From the NCBI GenBank assembly GCA_025603075.1, contig MU626373.1:1-64000 (forward strand): 64,000 nucleotides of DNA. Reading direction: 5' to 3'. Made by a program: the position numbers and the translations under genes. Origin of the DNA: Neoconidiobolus thromboides FSU 785. Its lineage: Eukaryota; Fungi; Entomophthoromycota. Positions 13,055 to 25,552 of the stretch are shown piece after piece; within the stretch, counting starts at the first letter, position 1; the number at the start of each line of letters is the position of its first letter. The notes beneath the pieces were generated by a model. It saw only the letters and a list, made by a program, of their open reading frames with translations, made no database searches and was not told where the DNA came from.

Positions 13055-16000
13055 ATGGAGAATAGAATTCAATTGATAAAGAAAAATTTACACGCTTGGA
13101 TTGAGAAGCCTGGTAATCCATCATTTATTCATAATAGCTCATTGATTGATTATTAGAAATTAAACCAAACCTTGACTCCAACTTTAAAAAGAATACTAGC
13201 TTTATAAAGAAATGCCGTGCTTCTTTAAATTCTGATAATTGCCAGTCCCTACTAAAAGATATAAATACTTTATCTTTGGAAAAGTATATCACTGAAGTTG
13301 TATCAGGAATTTCTGAAGGTATCCTTAAATGTAAAACAGGACCTAGTATTCAGGCAGCAGTAGAAGTAAATGAATATATTTCATATTGCACAAATTATTA
13401 ACATTTCAGGTTATATCTGCATTACATCAACGTTTTCCAGATACATTTACCATAGAGCTTTTTGATGTTGTAAGAAAAATGTTATCAGTAGCACCAACTA
13501 AAACAAGTTTATTAGTACAACCAAATCAAAATACAGTAGATAAAGAAAAAGAGGATGCTAGTAGAATATTAAAGCAAAGAACAGTACTTAAAGTTATTAC
13601 CGAAATTTGGCTTGTAGGGGTATTTTGGGGCATTGAAAATGGATTCAAAAAGTTTCCAGAGGCTAAAGAAGTAGCTAAAAAAATAATAGATAGCTTAGAT
13701 GACTTGAAACAAGAGGCTGAATTAAAAGATCGCACTTTTTTTCTAGAAGGTCCAGTTTCTGGACCATGGAACACAGCGTTAAGAAATAACCATTTGGGTA
13801 TAGTTTACCATAGCATTAAGACAATAGTAATTATTTGATTTTAATAAGATATAAAACGTTAATTTTAAAATTGTTAGCTTTCTACAGATAGAGACAAGTT
13901 TACCAATTTATCACTCGTAGTTTCCTTTTTAAAGTCATTCGGTTATGACGTATTGCGTATTTCACCAAGAAGTCAGGGCTCAGAAAATACAAAAGAAAAT
14001 AAAGAGAATCCAAAATCAAATGAAGAACAAGAAAAGGAAGTAAAGTCTCCAGTCCCCAAGTCTCATATTATGATATCTATTTTAACGAATGAACAAGTCG
14101 AAGCTTTTAGGGAGTTATTTACTTCTTATGCTAAAGAATTATCAAAGAATTTAGTTCGAGATCATAAGGTAATAAATAGGATGATGTATAAATATATAAT
14201 CTAAACAATTTAGGCAATAAAAAAAGAAGAGAGAATTAATCATGAGAGATCGATAGCTCGAGGAGAGGTTAATGATGAAGCTAAATTAAGATATGAAACT
14301 CATTTTAAAGCTTATGAAAAAAATTTACAAAATATGGAAGCGTAAGTTTTACTCGGCTATAAAGTAAACATTAACTTATTATTAAAGAATGATGGACTAT
14401 TTAAATATGGATATGCCAGAACTCCCTAATGATTCGGTTAACTCAGCCATATCTGGTGTTGTAGTTAATGAATTTGGATTCAATCGAGGCGAAGGTGAGA
14501 ATGTACATGAAGGTGGACCATGGGAAGATGATGATGCTCGAACGTTTTATACAAAACTTTTGGATCTGAAATCGTTAGTTCCAGGAATTCTTCTTGGTAT
14601 AGAGCCCTCAAATCCAGCTTCGGATGATAGAGTAGATGAGCAAGAAAAAGACGACGTAAAGGAAGATTTGAAAGAGTCTCTGAGTAATAAATCTGACGAA
14701 AATATAGCTGCTACGGAAACTATCCAAAATGAAAAAGCAGAAGAAGATCCAAATTTATCCTTTGAATTGGATGAAGATAATTTGGAGGATACTAATGAAG
14801 AAAAGACTACAGCTTCTGCTCAAATGACTGCATTTTTAGTTGGGCTGCAGAACATGGGTAACAGAGATTTAATCGATCAAGCAGCAGTTGAATTTTGTTA
14901 CATTAATAACAAGGCGTCTCGTAAAAGGCTTATTCGAAGTTTGATCCAAGTTCCTCAAAAAAGACTTGACTTGCTTTCTTATTACTCTAGATTTATTGGC
15001 ACATTGACCCCATATTTTCCAGATATTGGCAAGTCCATTGAAGCAGGGGTAATCTATTATTATAATTAATATAACTTAACTAATAAAATAGCTTGAAAAA
15101 GAATTCAAATTTCTTTTGCACAAAAAAACATCAAATGTAGGTGATTCCAACTTATTGGAGCGAAGGGTTAAAAATATAAGATATTTGGCTGAGCTTACTA
15201 AATTCAGCTTATTACCGGTTCATTTTGCTTTCTTTATATTAAAAAGTTTATTAGACAATTTCCTTCATCCAGGAAATATTGAAATTATAAGCAATTATTT
15301 AGAAGTATGTGGTAGATTTTTACTCAAAACACCTGATACAACCGAAAGAGCAGCTGCAATGGTATTATTTTTAATTTTTAAATGAACATACTAAACTATT
15401 AGATTGATATTATGATGAAGAAAAAAGCATCTTCTCACTTAAACGAACGTCTTGAGATGATGATTGAGAATGCCTTTTACCAATGTAATCCTCCAGAACA
15501 AAGTGCTGTAGTTAAGAAAATATTATCACCAATGGAACAATTTATAAGGAGCTTACTACTAGTTGAATCTTCAAGGTTCCCTTTAGAAAAGCTTATTAAG
15601 ATTGTCAGACGCTTACCATGGAATGACGAATCCATCTATAGCTTTATTTTTAAAACTGTATCAAAAATCCATAAAAATAAATATTCTCACATCCAACCTA
15701 TTGCTGCATTGATGGGCGCGCTTATTAAATACCAGCCTATTTTTGTAGAAGATGTTGTTGATCAAGTACTCGAAGACGTGACTGTAGGATTAGAAGTAAT
15801 TTACTTATTTTATGTAGATGAAATATTTAACAATTTTCAAGGAAAATAATTACAAATTTAATCAAAAGCGTATTTCCCAAGTAAAATTTATAGCCGAGCT
15901 TTTTAATTATAGAGTTGTCGGACCATCTGTAATATTCAACTTATTGCTCTTAATTGTCTCCTTTGGTTATCGTAAGTTTAATTGATAGTATTTTTATTCT

Positions 16001-17379
16001 TATTACTTATTTTTTATAGCAAACGGAAGACCTAGTAGAGATTATTTTAATCCATTTGATGTCCCAGACGATTGTTTCCGTATTCGACTTTGTTGCACTA
16101 TCCTTGACACTTGTGGCGTATATTTCAATGCTCCAAGTTCAAGATCAATCATGAATGAGTTTTTAACTTTGTTCCAAGTAATTAATCTTTTCTTGCTATT
16201 ATTTCAGTAGTTATAATGAATCATTTTAGCTTTATATTCTTAGCAAACCTTTTATCCCAATTGACGTTCAATTTGCAATTAATGATACTTTTGAGCTATT
16301 GAGACCAAAACTAAACCTTTTCGTTACTTATGAAGAAGCAGAAGAAGCTTTGATTAAAATAGCCCAAAATAAAAAGCAATATGGTAATTTAAATATTTAT
16401 TTATTTGGTTATAGCTTTTAATACCCTCAAAGTACCTGCAGCAAATCCACAAAGAGAGGTATCGGATATCGAGGAAGATCAAGAAAGTAGCTCAGAAGAT
16501 GATCAGTCAGAAGGAAGTGGTAATGAAAAGGTAAATCGATAAAATAACTTGGTGAAATACTTAAAAATAAATAGGAAGAAGAAGATCTAGAAGATAGTGA
16601 TGTAAGTGAGGAGCCTGTTGAAGATGACGAAAAGATCATTCTTTTAAACAAACTTAAAAAGGAACAAGATGAAGATTTACGTCGTCAAGAAGAAGAAGAA
16701 TTTGAAAAAGAGTATCAATCCATGATGGCTTCTACTATCGATTCTCGTAAACTTGAAAGAAAGGTTGTAGCTTTGGACGTACCTATTCCTATGAAATTAT
16801 TAGGTAATAAAACTACAACTTTTCAGATTTTTATTAAATAAATTAGACAAAAATAAGCAAGCCGAAATTGAAGATGGAGGTAGTCAAGTCGCCTTTTCAC
16901 TTTTGACCAAACGTGGCAATAAACAACATGTAATATATATAGTGGCTTTTATATTTATACACTAAAATGAATTTAAGGTTCGTACTGTTGGTGTCCCTTC
17001 AGATAATGCTTTAGCAATCCAAACATTAAATAAGCAAAAAGCTGAAAGAATAGAACAACAGCAGCTTAAGAAAATTGTACTTGGATATGATACGGCTAAA
17101 ACAGAAGATAACGATTATAGTAGTGAAAAACCAGTGCGTTCAACCAATTCAAAAGCTATTCCCTCTAAGTATAAAGCAAAGTATGGCGGTAATAGTCAAT
17201 ATGAGCCCAGATTGCAAAAAAGCTATGGGGCTTCAAAACCTGAACATCTTTTAAATTCTAGCCATCGTGATGAGGCAGCTAAGAGTAATGGGAGACAAAA
17301 CGTTACTCAAACATTTGATCTATCAGATTTAATTCAAAAAAATCCGACTAGTAGTAGAGGAAATAAGGGACGGGGTTAA
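13055..17379 (+). CDS. UPF2: Nonsense-mediated decay factor UPF2/NMD2 (multi-exon, MIF4G domains, acidic region, UPF1-binding tail)
   Basis: LDSNFKKNTSFIKK, VISALHQRF, WEDDDARTFYTKLLDLKS, YINNKASRKRL, ENNYKFNQKRISQVKFIAELFNYR, FRIRLCCTILDTCG, FSLLTKRGNKQ; introns traced in frame. Confidence 0.93.
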
Positions 17380-17818
17380 AGTTGTAGTAGGGGCGAAATT
17401 AATGTTATAACTAATTTTTTAATTTTCAGCAGACAATTTCAATTTCTTTTAGTTTGAACATGACCAAAGTTTTAAGTAGATTCTATAGACTATGCTGATT
17501 AAGAAAAGTGTTAAGTGACTAATTCTATAAAGATTGAAAGAGTCTATTGAAAATGCTCAATTTACAACTATAGGCTTGCTATTGTTTATACCTTTTGATA
17601 TTGCTTAATAATTGATAATAAACAGTGGCATAAATTCATTTTTTTCTTATTTAATCTAAAATCAGTAAATACATATAACAAAAATAATCACATATACTAA
17701 AGATAGTCAATACTGAATTGTTTAGTCGTTATTTTTGTTTATTTATTAAAAAGATGTATTAAACTTAATTAAAAACTTATAAAACTTTAGACGCTATTTT
17801 AAAAAGCTAGCATTACTT

Positions 17819-18352
17819 TTAATCTTCGATTGTATTCAAATTCTTTTCCAAAGCTTCAGCTTCAAGCTCCAAAATAGTTTCATAGGCGGCATCTAAATTT
17901 TTACATAAGTCCAATATTTGAGCATTAAACTGATTTGATAACTTCAATGGTAGGTTTTCTTCACTTTGGATATGAGCCTTTTCTTCTTCTTCTTCTTCTT
18001 TCTTGTTTTCTTCAGTATCTCCCATCGCTGCTTCTTCGCTCTCATTCTCAGCTTCCTCCTCTTCTTCATTAATTACTTTAACCTCTTCTTCTTCTTCTTC
18101 ATTATCATCATCTTCAAAAATTAAGAGCATATCCACCTGATCAATATGTGCTAATAATTTGCCCCTTGTAATCAATTCCATTAATAACTGGATTAGTAAG
18201 TCCATGGGCAAGTCTACCATTCCTGATAGCTGGTTTAAATAAATATTTTCATAAAATTGAGAGCAGTCAATAATCATTTTTTCAATGTCTTCTCGATTTT
18301 CTAGTTTTAAATCACCTCCTGGATTCTTAGGTTTATAGTCAATATCTTCCAT
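17819..18352 (-). CDS. Small acidic protein consisting of a CSN4-like PCI winged-helix and C-terminal helix only
   Basis: YENIYLNQLSGMVDLP...ITRGKLLAHIDQVDMLLIFE and QILDLCKNL resemble the C-terminal part of COP9 subunit 4 (YNNI.F..L...ITEGRM.G.IDQID..V.FE ... QIQSLC); single 177-codon ORF with Glu-rich insert. Confidence 0.6.
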   Translation of the reverse strand: MEDIDYKPKNPGGDLKLENREDIEKMIIDCSQFYENIYLNQLSGMVDLPMDLLIQLLMELITRGKLLAHIDQVDMLLIFEDDDNEEEEEEVKVINEEEEEAENESEEAAMGDTEENKKEEEEEEKAHIQSEENLPLKLSNQFNAQILDLCKNLDAAYETILELEAEALEKNLNTIED

Positions 18353-18750
18353 ATTTAATGATTAAAGTTGTTAAAAAGTATTTTAGCTTTTTTTACTTCT
18401 ACGTAATAAATTAAGTTTCTAAAATTGCTGCGTTTTTTCAGCAAGTGATCTTTATGAAAATGTTTTTTAAATGAAGCATAAACAAGCTCCAAATGAAATA
18501 TTTAGTACATCTAATTAAATAAATTGAACATAGCATAATGTAAATTTGAATAACTTCAATTCATTATCGTCAATATTGTTAACATAATTCAAAATAATGA
18601 TTTAAAGATAATTAATTGTAGTATTTATTTAATACTTAAATTCAATTAAGCTGGATTTATTTTATTATGAAATAGGATCAAAGATAAGAAATAGTACTGT
18701 ACATCTTCGAAAACTTAAATTAACTATTGATCCAATATAAAGTTATTTCT

Positions 18751-19284
18751 TTATTTAGCGCTTTGTCTATACATTGAAACATCCAAAATCTGTTTCCCAC
18801 ACATTGCACAGATACCTAAAACATATTAACTCAATTATTTATTAAGCAGTTGTTTTTACTACCTTTTTTATAAGCGCAACCTTTTAAATTGTTAGATTCA
18901 ACTAAGTTAAAAAAATCATAAGTTACCTTGACAGTAATTCGCTTGAGTTTGGTGGACACTAGCTTTACAAACTTTACATTTTTTAGCATAAGGATTTAAA
19001 CTAGAACTTGGGTTAGTTTCATTTTCAGTATTTTAATTGATGATTTTACCTATCAGCTTTCTTTTTAGTTAATAACTTATTTTCATTAAGTTTTCTATCT
19101 TTCCCAGCTTAAACTTGATTAGTCTTTCACTTAAAATAATATTAACCTTACTTGAACTATTTCTAGCTCCATCCTTCCATTTATCCGGACATATTACTTT
19201 GCCTAATTTCTTTTCGCCTGTTGAATTAAGTTTAATATAAAATTTTTGATATTCTGATATTTTATTACATTTTTTACAAACCAT
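18751..19284 (-). CDS. CRIPT: CRIPT, cysteine-rich PDZ-binding protein homolog (6 short exons)
   Basis: Spliced product MVCKKCEKKLGKVICPDKWKDGARNSSTGKDRKLNENKLL...FNPYAKKCKVCKASVHQ..NYCQGCAYKKGICAMCGKQILDVSMYRQSAK. Confidence 0.93.
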
Positions 19285-19653
19285 GGATATAACAATATGT
19301 AATTATATTTTGTTAATTTTTTGGTTTAAAACTTCTTACTGTTTCAGTAATACCAATCAAATTCATTTAAGTCTTATGGGCAAGGATATTTTATTAGTGG
19401 AATTTTGAAATTTGCTCAAGTTGGGTGCTATTAACTTTATTTTATTGATATTATATAAATATTAAAATAGTTTGCTTAATTAATATAGTATTAAAATAAA
19501 AATCATAATTCTTAATATCAAACATTACAAATTAAATCTTTTTATTTTGGCTAAATTATTTACATTTAAATAAATCAATTTACCCAACTTGATCTTAATT
19601 TTTAGTTAAATTCACATTATTCACTATTTTATGGTTAAAATAGGGATGAATTT

Positions 19654-19754
19654 TGATTGGCTAAATTCCTTACTGATTAAGAATAGTGACTATGTTTTTA
19701 AAAAAAATCAACATTACAGTTGAATATTAGTCATTAGCATAGTGAGCCAATCAG
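19654..19754. promoter_or_regulatory. Two oppositely oriented CCAAT boxes in the CRIPT/PDK divergent promoter
   Basis: TGATTGGCT at 19654-19662 and AGCCAATCAG at 19745-19754 match the NF-Y/HAP consensus; function not demonstrated. Confidence 0.4.
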
Positions 19755-19881
19755 CTAACAGAGGCTTAAAAGAAATAAATACATCAAACAACACATTTAA
19801 ATGAACTATTTTTTCAATTTTTTAACTATTACATTTAATATTACAAATACCATTATTTTATGAAATAGACAATCGAAGACC

Positions 19882-21687
19882 ATGTTTACAAAAATTCCCC
19901 AACAATTATATAGGGACATTACCCATTTTTCAAAGTTCCCGCAAACTGGAGTCTCGTTAAGTCAGATGGTTAAGTTTGGTATGCTTCTAATCTTTACTGA
20001 GTTATAGCTCTGATATTAAGCTAAGGTCTTAATTTAGGTCATCATCCCTCTATTGGAACTTTATTAAAAGCATCTCAGTTTGTTTCTGGTAACTTGATAT
20101 TTATTTATAAGATTATATATTAATAACGATAATAGAGGAATTACCAGTTAGATTAGCTCATAGAGTAGTAGAATTAGACAACCTTCCAGATGGACTATCT
20201 GATATGCCCTCAGTTCAAAAAGTAAAACACTGGTATGCAGAGTCATTTGAAGTAATCTTCTGTAACTTGTTTTAATACTTTTATTAACTAATCTATTAGG
20301 ATATTATAAAATTTAATAAAGCACTTCCAGCTAATTTAAAAAATGTATTTCGCACAGTTAACACCCAAGATTCTAATTTATTACAATTGCCTACTTCTAA
20401 AAGGAATCCAGATATCCCTGCTTCTTATAGATCGAACGGTTCTGTATCTTTGCACCACCGGTAATTAATCTAAGTTTAGGCTAATTAAGTTATTTAATTT
20501 TTATCAGTTATTACACACCGATTGAAAAGGAGGATCTTCCTTCAGAGGTGGTAAAAAGTAATGACCAATTCGTTGCTTTAATGGAAAAAATTAAACGAAG
20601 GCATGATCCGGTGGTTACAACCTTAGTAAGCCACTTAATCTTTATTTGAAAATCATGGCTAACAATTTTTTAGGGTATAAATTATATTTTTATGAAAAAT
20701 AATTACTTATAAATTATTTAGCTCAAGGAATTGTGGAATATAAATCAGCTAAAAAGTGTAAACTTATTGACACAGACATTCAGTCCTTTTTAGATCGATT
20801 TTATATGTCAAGAATTGGTATAAGAATGTTGTTAGGTAAGTTAAATGTTACAAACACAACAATTAATTTAATATTTAAAATCAGGACAACATATTGCATT
20901 ACACCGGGAAGAAAAGAAAGAAGATTATGTTGGAATAATATGTACAAAAACTTCAATCAGTCAAATAGCTCAAGAAGCAATAGACAATGCTTCCTTTATT
21001 TGTGAAGATTATTATGGTTTATTTAAAGCTCCAAGGATCATTTTGCATTGTCCAGACGACTTAGAATTTATGTATGTACCTTCCCATCTACATCATGTGC
21101 TATTTGAATTATTGAAAAATTCATTGAGAGCAGTAGTTGATCGTTTCGGTGATGATTGTGATGATGAATATCCACCTATTAAAATTATAGTGGCAAAAGG
21201 AAACGAAGTAAATTTATCTTACTAGTTTATTATTATGTTTATATAAATTGTTTAGGATATTACTATTAAGATTTCTGATGAAGGCGGAGGTATTCCTAGA
21301 TCTGTACTTCCTATGGTATGGACTTATATGTAAGTAGTTTTATTATTGTTTAGATAGATAGTAAAATATGATATTATAGGTATACAACAGCAGAAACACC
21401 TCAATTAGATCCTGATTTTAATAAGACTGACTTCAAAGCGCCTATGGCAGGCTTTGGGTATGGATTACCTTTATCTAGATTGGTAATGTTATTTATTAGT
21501 TTAGCAAGTATTTATTAAATTCATTTATAGTATGCAAGGTACTTTGGTGGCGATATTAAAATTATTTCAATGGAAGGGTAATGTTTCGATTATATAAATG
21601 AAACAAAGACTAATAATTTTTAGTTATGGAACGGATGCTTATATACATCTTTCTCGTCTATCAGACTCTGAGGAACCCTTGCCTTAG
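19882..21687 (+). CDS. PDK: Mitochondrial pyruvate dehydrogenase kinase (BCKDK/PDK family), multi-exon, requires a 1-nt exon at 20674
   Basis: EELPVRLAHRV, RHDPVVTTLAQG, FLDRFYMSRIGIRML, YVPSHLHHVLFELLKNSLRA, KISDEGGGIPRS, MAGFGYGLPLSRLYARYFGG, RLSDSEEPLP. Confidence 0.95.
20674..20674 (+). other. Putative single-nucleotide exon (G) of PDK
   Basis: Intron 20626-20673 (GTAAGC...GCTAAC...TTTTTTAG, 48 nt), G, intron 20675-20721 (GTATAA...ATTTAG, 47 nt) restores TTA-GCT-CAA-GGA (L-A-Q-G); no other canonical splice path restores the frame. Confidence 0.7.
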
Positions 21688-21976
21688 TTGATATCGGAAT
21701 ATGTTGTGTTTCAATAAATGTATTTTAAATACCTAACTTCAATTCGTTGTCATTATTGCTAAATTTCTAATTGTTGCTTTAGATTATGATATATGTTATT
21801 TAATGAAAGTATTTTAATTTAATTCTAATCCTTTTCTACAGCATTTATATTATTATTCTAGAAAGCTAAAATATTCAATTAAATCTCGAAAGTATTTCAA
21901 CCAATCATAATCAAAAGTGATTCTAATAAGCTAAAATCTACAATCCTTGAATCTTATCCTTTTAAAGCAAACTAAA

Positions 21977-22378
21977 ATGGTATTACTGTCCATAGCATCC
22001 GGTTTATTACCTAAATGGCAATTGATAGTTTCAGTAGCTGCTTTATTCAACTCAGCCCAATGCTTTATAAGTCCATTTAAATTCAATCATGAAATCTATA
22101 GTGGTAATAAGCAACAAGTCACTGAATTATCTTCTCGATTATTTGGAACTTGGACTTTGATTTCAGGATTAATTCGTTTGTACTCTGCTTTCTATATAAA
22201 TAATCAACATGTTTATTCGCTCTGTTTATTGACTTATTTACTTGCCTTTTTCCACTTTAGTACTGAGTTATTCATTTATAAAACAGTGAAGCTTAACAGG
22301 GCCTCTATCTCCCCTTTTATTGTATCCTCCTTTTCTATTCTTTGGATGGGTACCGCTTACTCTAGTTATGTTCATTAG
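21977..22378 (+). CDS. ERG28: Ergosterol biosynthesis scaffold Erg28 (single exon)
   Basis: GLLPKWQLIVS..FNSAQC, VTELSSRLFGTWT..SGLIRLY, FHFSTELFIYKT; ATG at 21977. Confidence 0.93.
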   Translation: MVLLSIASGLLPKWQLIVSVAALFNSAQCFISPFKFNHEIYSGNKQQVTELSSRLFGTWTLISGLIRLYSAFYINNQHVYSLCLLTYLLAFFHFSTELFIYKTVKLNRASISPFIVSSFSILWMGTAYSSYVH

Positions 22379-23031
22379 GTGAAGAAGAGAAGGGCTTTCT
22401 ATTCAACTTAATAAACTCTTTTTTAGATAAATAGCTGATATATTTTTTTTATCATAGTAACAAGCATGAGTTTTTAATTTATTTTTTGAATGAAAATAAA
22501 TATCATTTACAATGTGGAGCGCTTTATTGCCTATAGCTGAATCTTTATTGATACATGATGGTTTGAGGTGTTGATGGATCTTATAATAAGGTTAAAAGAA
22601 AAATAGATAAATAGTATAATTATTTTCATCAATTTCAGTAGCTATGAATTTAGATAAAATAAGCCACTCAAAGTACATTTTAAATGGTGGATTTTATCGA
22701 GTTTTTGTAAATAAAGGGTTAGAGGTAAAGACTAATTGGAATTAATCTTTGAGTATAAATTTGCTTCTTTAAATGACTTCATAAAGCTATATAATAAAGC
22801 TTTTAATATAGATCTTATTGCATAACAAAATAAGTGTTCAACAAGCTGTTTGTTTCAGCCTTTTAACTAAGCTCCTTCAATTTAGCACAAAACTACTTTA
22901 AACTTAACTTAATTAGCCAATAATATCTAGAGGAGTTTTTCAAACTAGGATAAACTGATGAGATAAATTATAATAATATTTGAATAAAAACAAAATTTCA
23001 ATTGAGTTCTTTATATTCTTTATTCAATTTA

Positions 23032-24157
23032 ATGTCAGATCCCGAAGTAGAATTAGAAGATTATAGTGTAAGCTTAAACAATAGAAGTCACAATCATAAT
23101 AAACATTAATAGTAAAATTCCTTAATTAGGACACTGATGAAACTTATACAAATAATTATCATCAATTGATAGATATGATCAATGAAGCAAGCGAAGTATT
23201 AAGTATCGATTTCAAACAACAGAGTGGTAATGTTGAGTTTGATATTAATATAACAAAAAAATTTCGAAATACCCAGAAAGAATTAAAAAGGATTGTAAAG
23301 CAATACGACGAGAACGAAAAGATGTTTATTATGGTATTTATAATCAATTTAATTTAATTTAAAATTAATCTAGGAAGGAATTAGAAAAATATGATATACT
23401 TGAAAAAAGGCTGGAAGATATAAAAAAAGAAAAGAAAGAAGTCATTAATCAAAATAATATTATAATGAGTTAGTGATTTATTGCTGGAAATAATAAGATT
23501 ATTAAATTGTTTTTTTTAGAGGAAAATGAAAGGTATAGGATGGAAATTGCAAATGTTGAGGATACAATTGAAAAACTAACTTTGGAAGAAAAAAAACGAG
23601 ATGAAGCTCTCAATAAAGTAAGCTAAGAAGTCTTAAATAAGTGAAACATTAATCCTATTAAATAGGTAAAGAAAGAGGTTGATGATTTACAGCAAGTATA
23701 TAGTGTGAGAGAGATGGAACTAAGTAAATATGATACTGTACAAATTAAAAAAGATCAAACAAAAATTAAAGAGGATATCGAAATACTTGATCAAAAGATT
23801 GAACAATACGAAAAAGAGTTATTAGCACTTGAGTATAATTCCAACTTTCAGACTTTGGGACAGGAATACAATAAAAAAAATTTAAGAAGAGTTAATAAAG
23901 ATAAAAGCAGTCATAATAAAAGAAATAGTTGTTTTAGTAATGGAACAGAATCGGATTTAGAAAATTCATCTGAAATTTTTAATCCAAGCCAGTTCCCAGC
24001 TGACCTTAATGAATCTATTAACTTAGATAATGATAATATCAGTTTAAAAGTTGATTCTGGTACTAGCTTAGACAGTGATATCTTTAATTTTAAAAATGAA
24101 GCTTCAAATTTAGACAGTTTGGCAAAGAAAATAAAACTTGAGGTAGAATTGGAATAA
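23032..24157 (+). CDS. Hypothetical coiled-coil protein (about 5 exons)
   Basis: GT-AG introns join ORFs 23166-23357 and 23705-24157 in frame; heptad-like E/K/L/I-rich sequence; no family recognised. Confidence 0.6.
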
Positions 24158-24910
24158 GGCAGCTTGATTAACTAACCACTTATTTATTTAATTATTAAAT
24201 TAAACGCCACATTTAGCTTTGTTGTTTTTTATGATATTTATTTTATCAAGTTTGTTTATTTAAAGTTAGATGATGATCTATTATAAAATATTTGTTAGCC
24301 GAATATTAATCTTATTCAACTTTTAAACAAAAATAAGTTATGCTTTACAGAGTAGTAAATTTTAAACAACAAATTGCTAATTTGAGTTTATGTAATTTGT
24401 ATTCAAGCTTATAAAATTTCATAGTAGCATTAAAGCCTTGATTGATTGCAGTGACTATAAGAATGTGACATAATCAAAACAAATAGTAGCCCAAATAATA
24501 TTTTAAACTTTTATTATGCTTAATAAGTAAAAGCTTATTAAATTGCAAAATAACACAAATTACAAGTTGATTAAAATTAAGGGTTTAGCCAAATATTGAC
24601 CTTTAATTGAAAACATGAATCCCTTCCTATGTTTAATTTGATAATATTTAAAATTAAACTAATACTTTTTATTAGTATTGGTTAGCTATAGTCATTATAC
24701 TATAAAACTGGATTTCAGTTTTTTTATATAAAAGTAATACTATAGATAATACAAGATCGTTATAATATTTTATAGATTTGGCTATCATGTGTTATAAAGT
24801 CCAACTGTTTGATGATCTAAAGACAGTAAATGATAGTGCTTAATCTAAATCACATACAAAGGGGTCCAGTTTAGTAAATAACCTTCAATATAATCAGAAT
24901 CATCAAAACT

Positions 24911-25012
24911 ATATGAGGATGTATTTTTATTAAGAATTTTGCTAACAATCCTCCTACTCAATAATGCTTAAAAATGGAAAAGTAATGAAACCAAAAAAAA
25001 CATCCCCAATAT
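24911..25012 (-). mobile_element. MITE-like repeat copy
   Basis: ATATGAGGATGTATTTT ... GGAAAAGTAATGAAACCAAAAAAAACATCCCCA. Confidence 0.8.
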
Positions 25013-25552
25013 ACTACTTGGAAATGAAGATGTCATAAAACTACCTTAGCTTACGAATGTAACGAGTGACATATCCCAAGTACAAGGTACTAGAAAGCCT
25101 CAAAATAATTTAAAAAGGTCTCTGTTTTAATGATATCAGCTTACTATATGGTACATGAAATACTCAATAATATTATTAATTCAAAGAAGAGTGTGAGTGG
25201 ATTGAACTTCGCCCAGGACATTTTGTCACTTACTGGAATTGAAAATTGTAGAACTGAATTATACTACTATAACTCAAATCTCTTCTAGTAAAAAGGAATC
25301 GTAATTAAAGTTTTTAGATGCAAGCATTGAAAACAACAAGCCATTGTAGCCTTATAAACAGTCAAAAAAGGCTTTTAAATAAAATTAGATGTTTTAGCTT
25401 TATATTGAATTTATTTGTTTATCTAACCTTAGATTATAAGTTTTAAAATTCCTTTTTCTTTGAAAACTATTTTATTTGAAAAACAATCACAAAGATTTGT
25501 GATGAAACATTGGATAGGGTTAAAAGGTAATGGCTATTGAACTATTGCCTAC

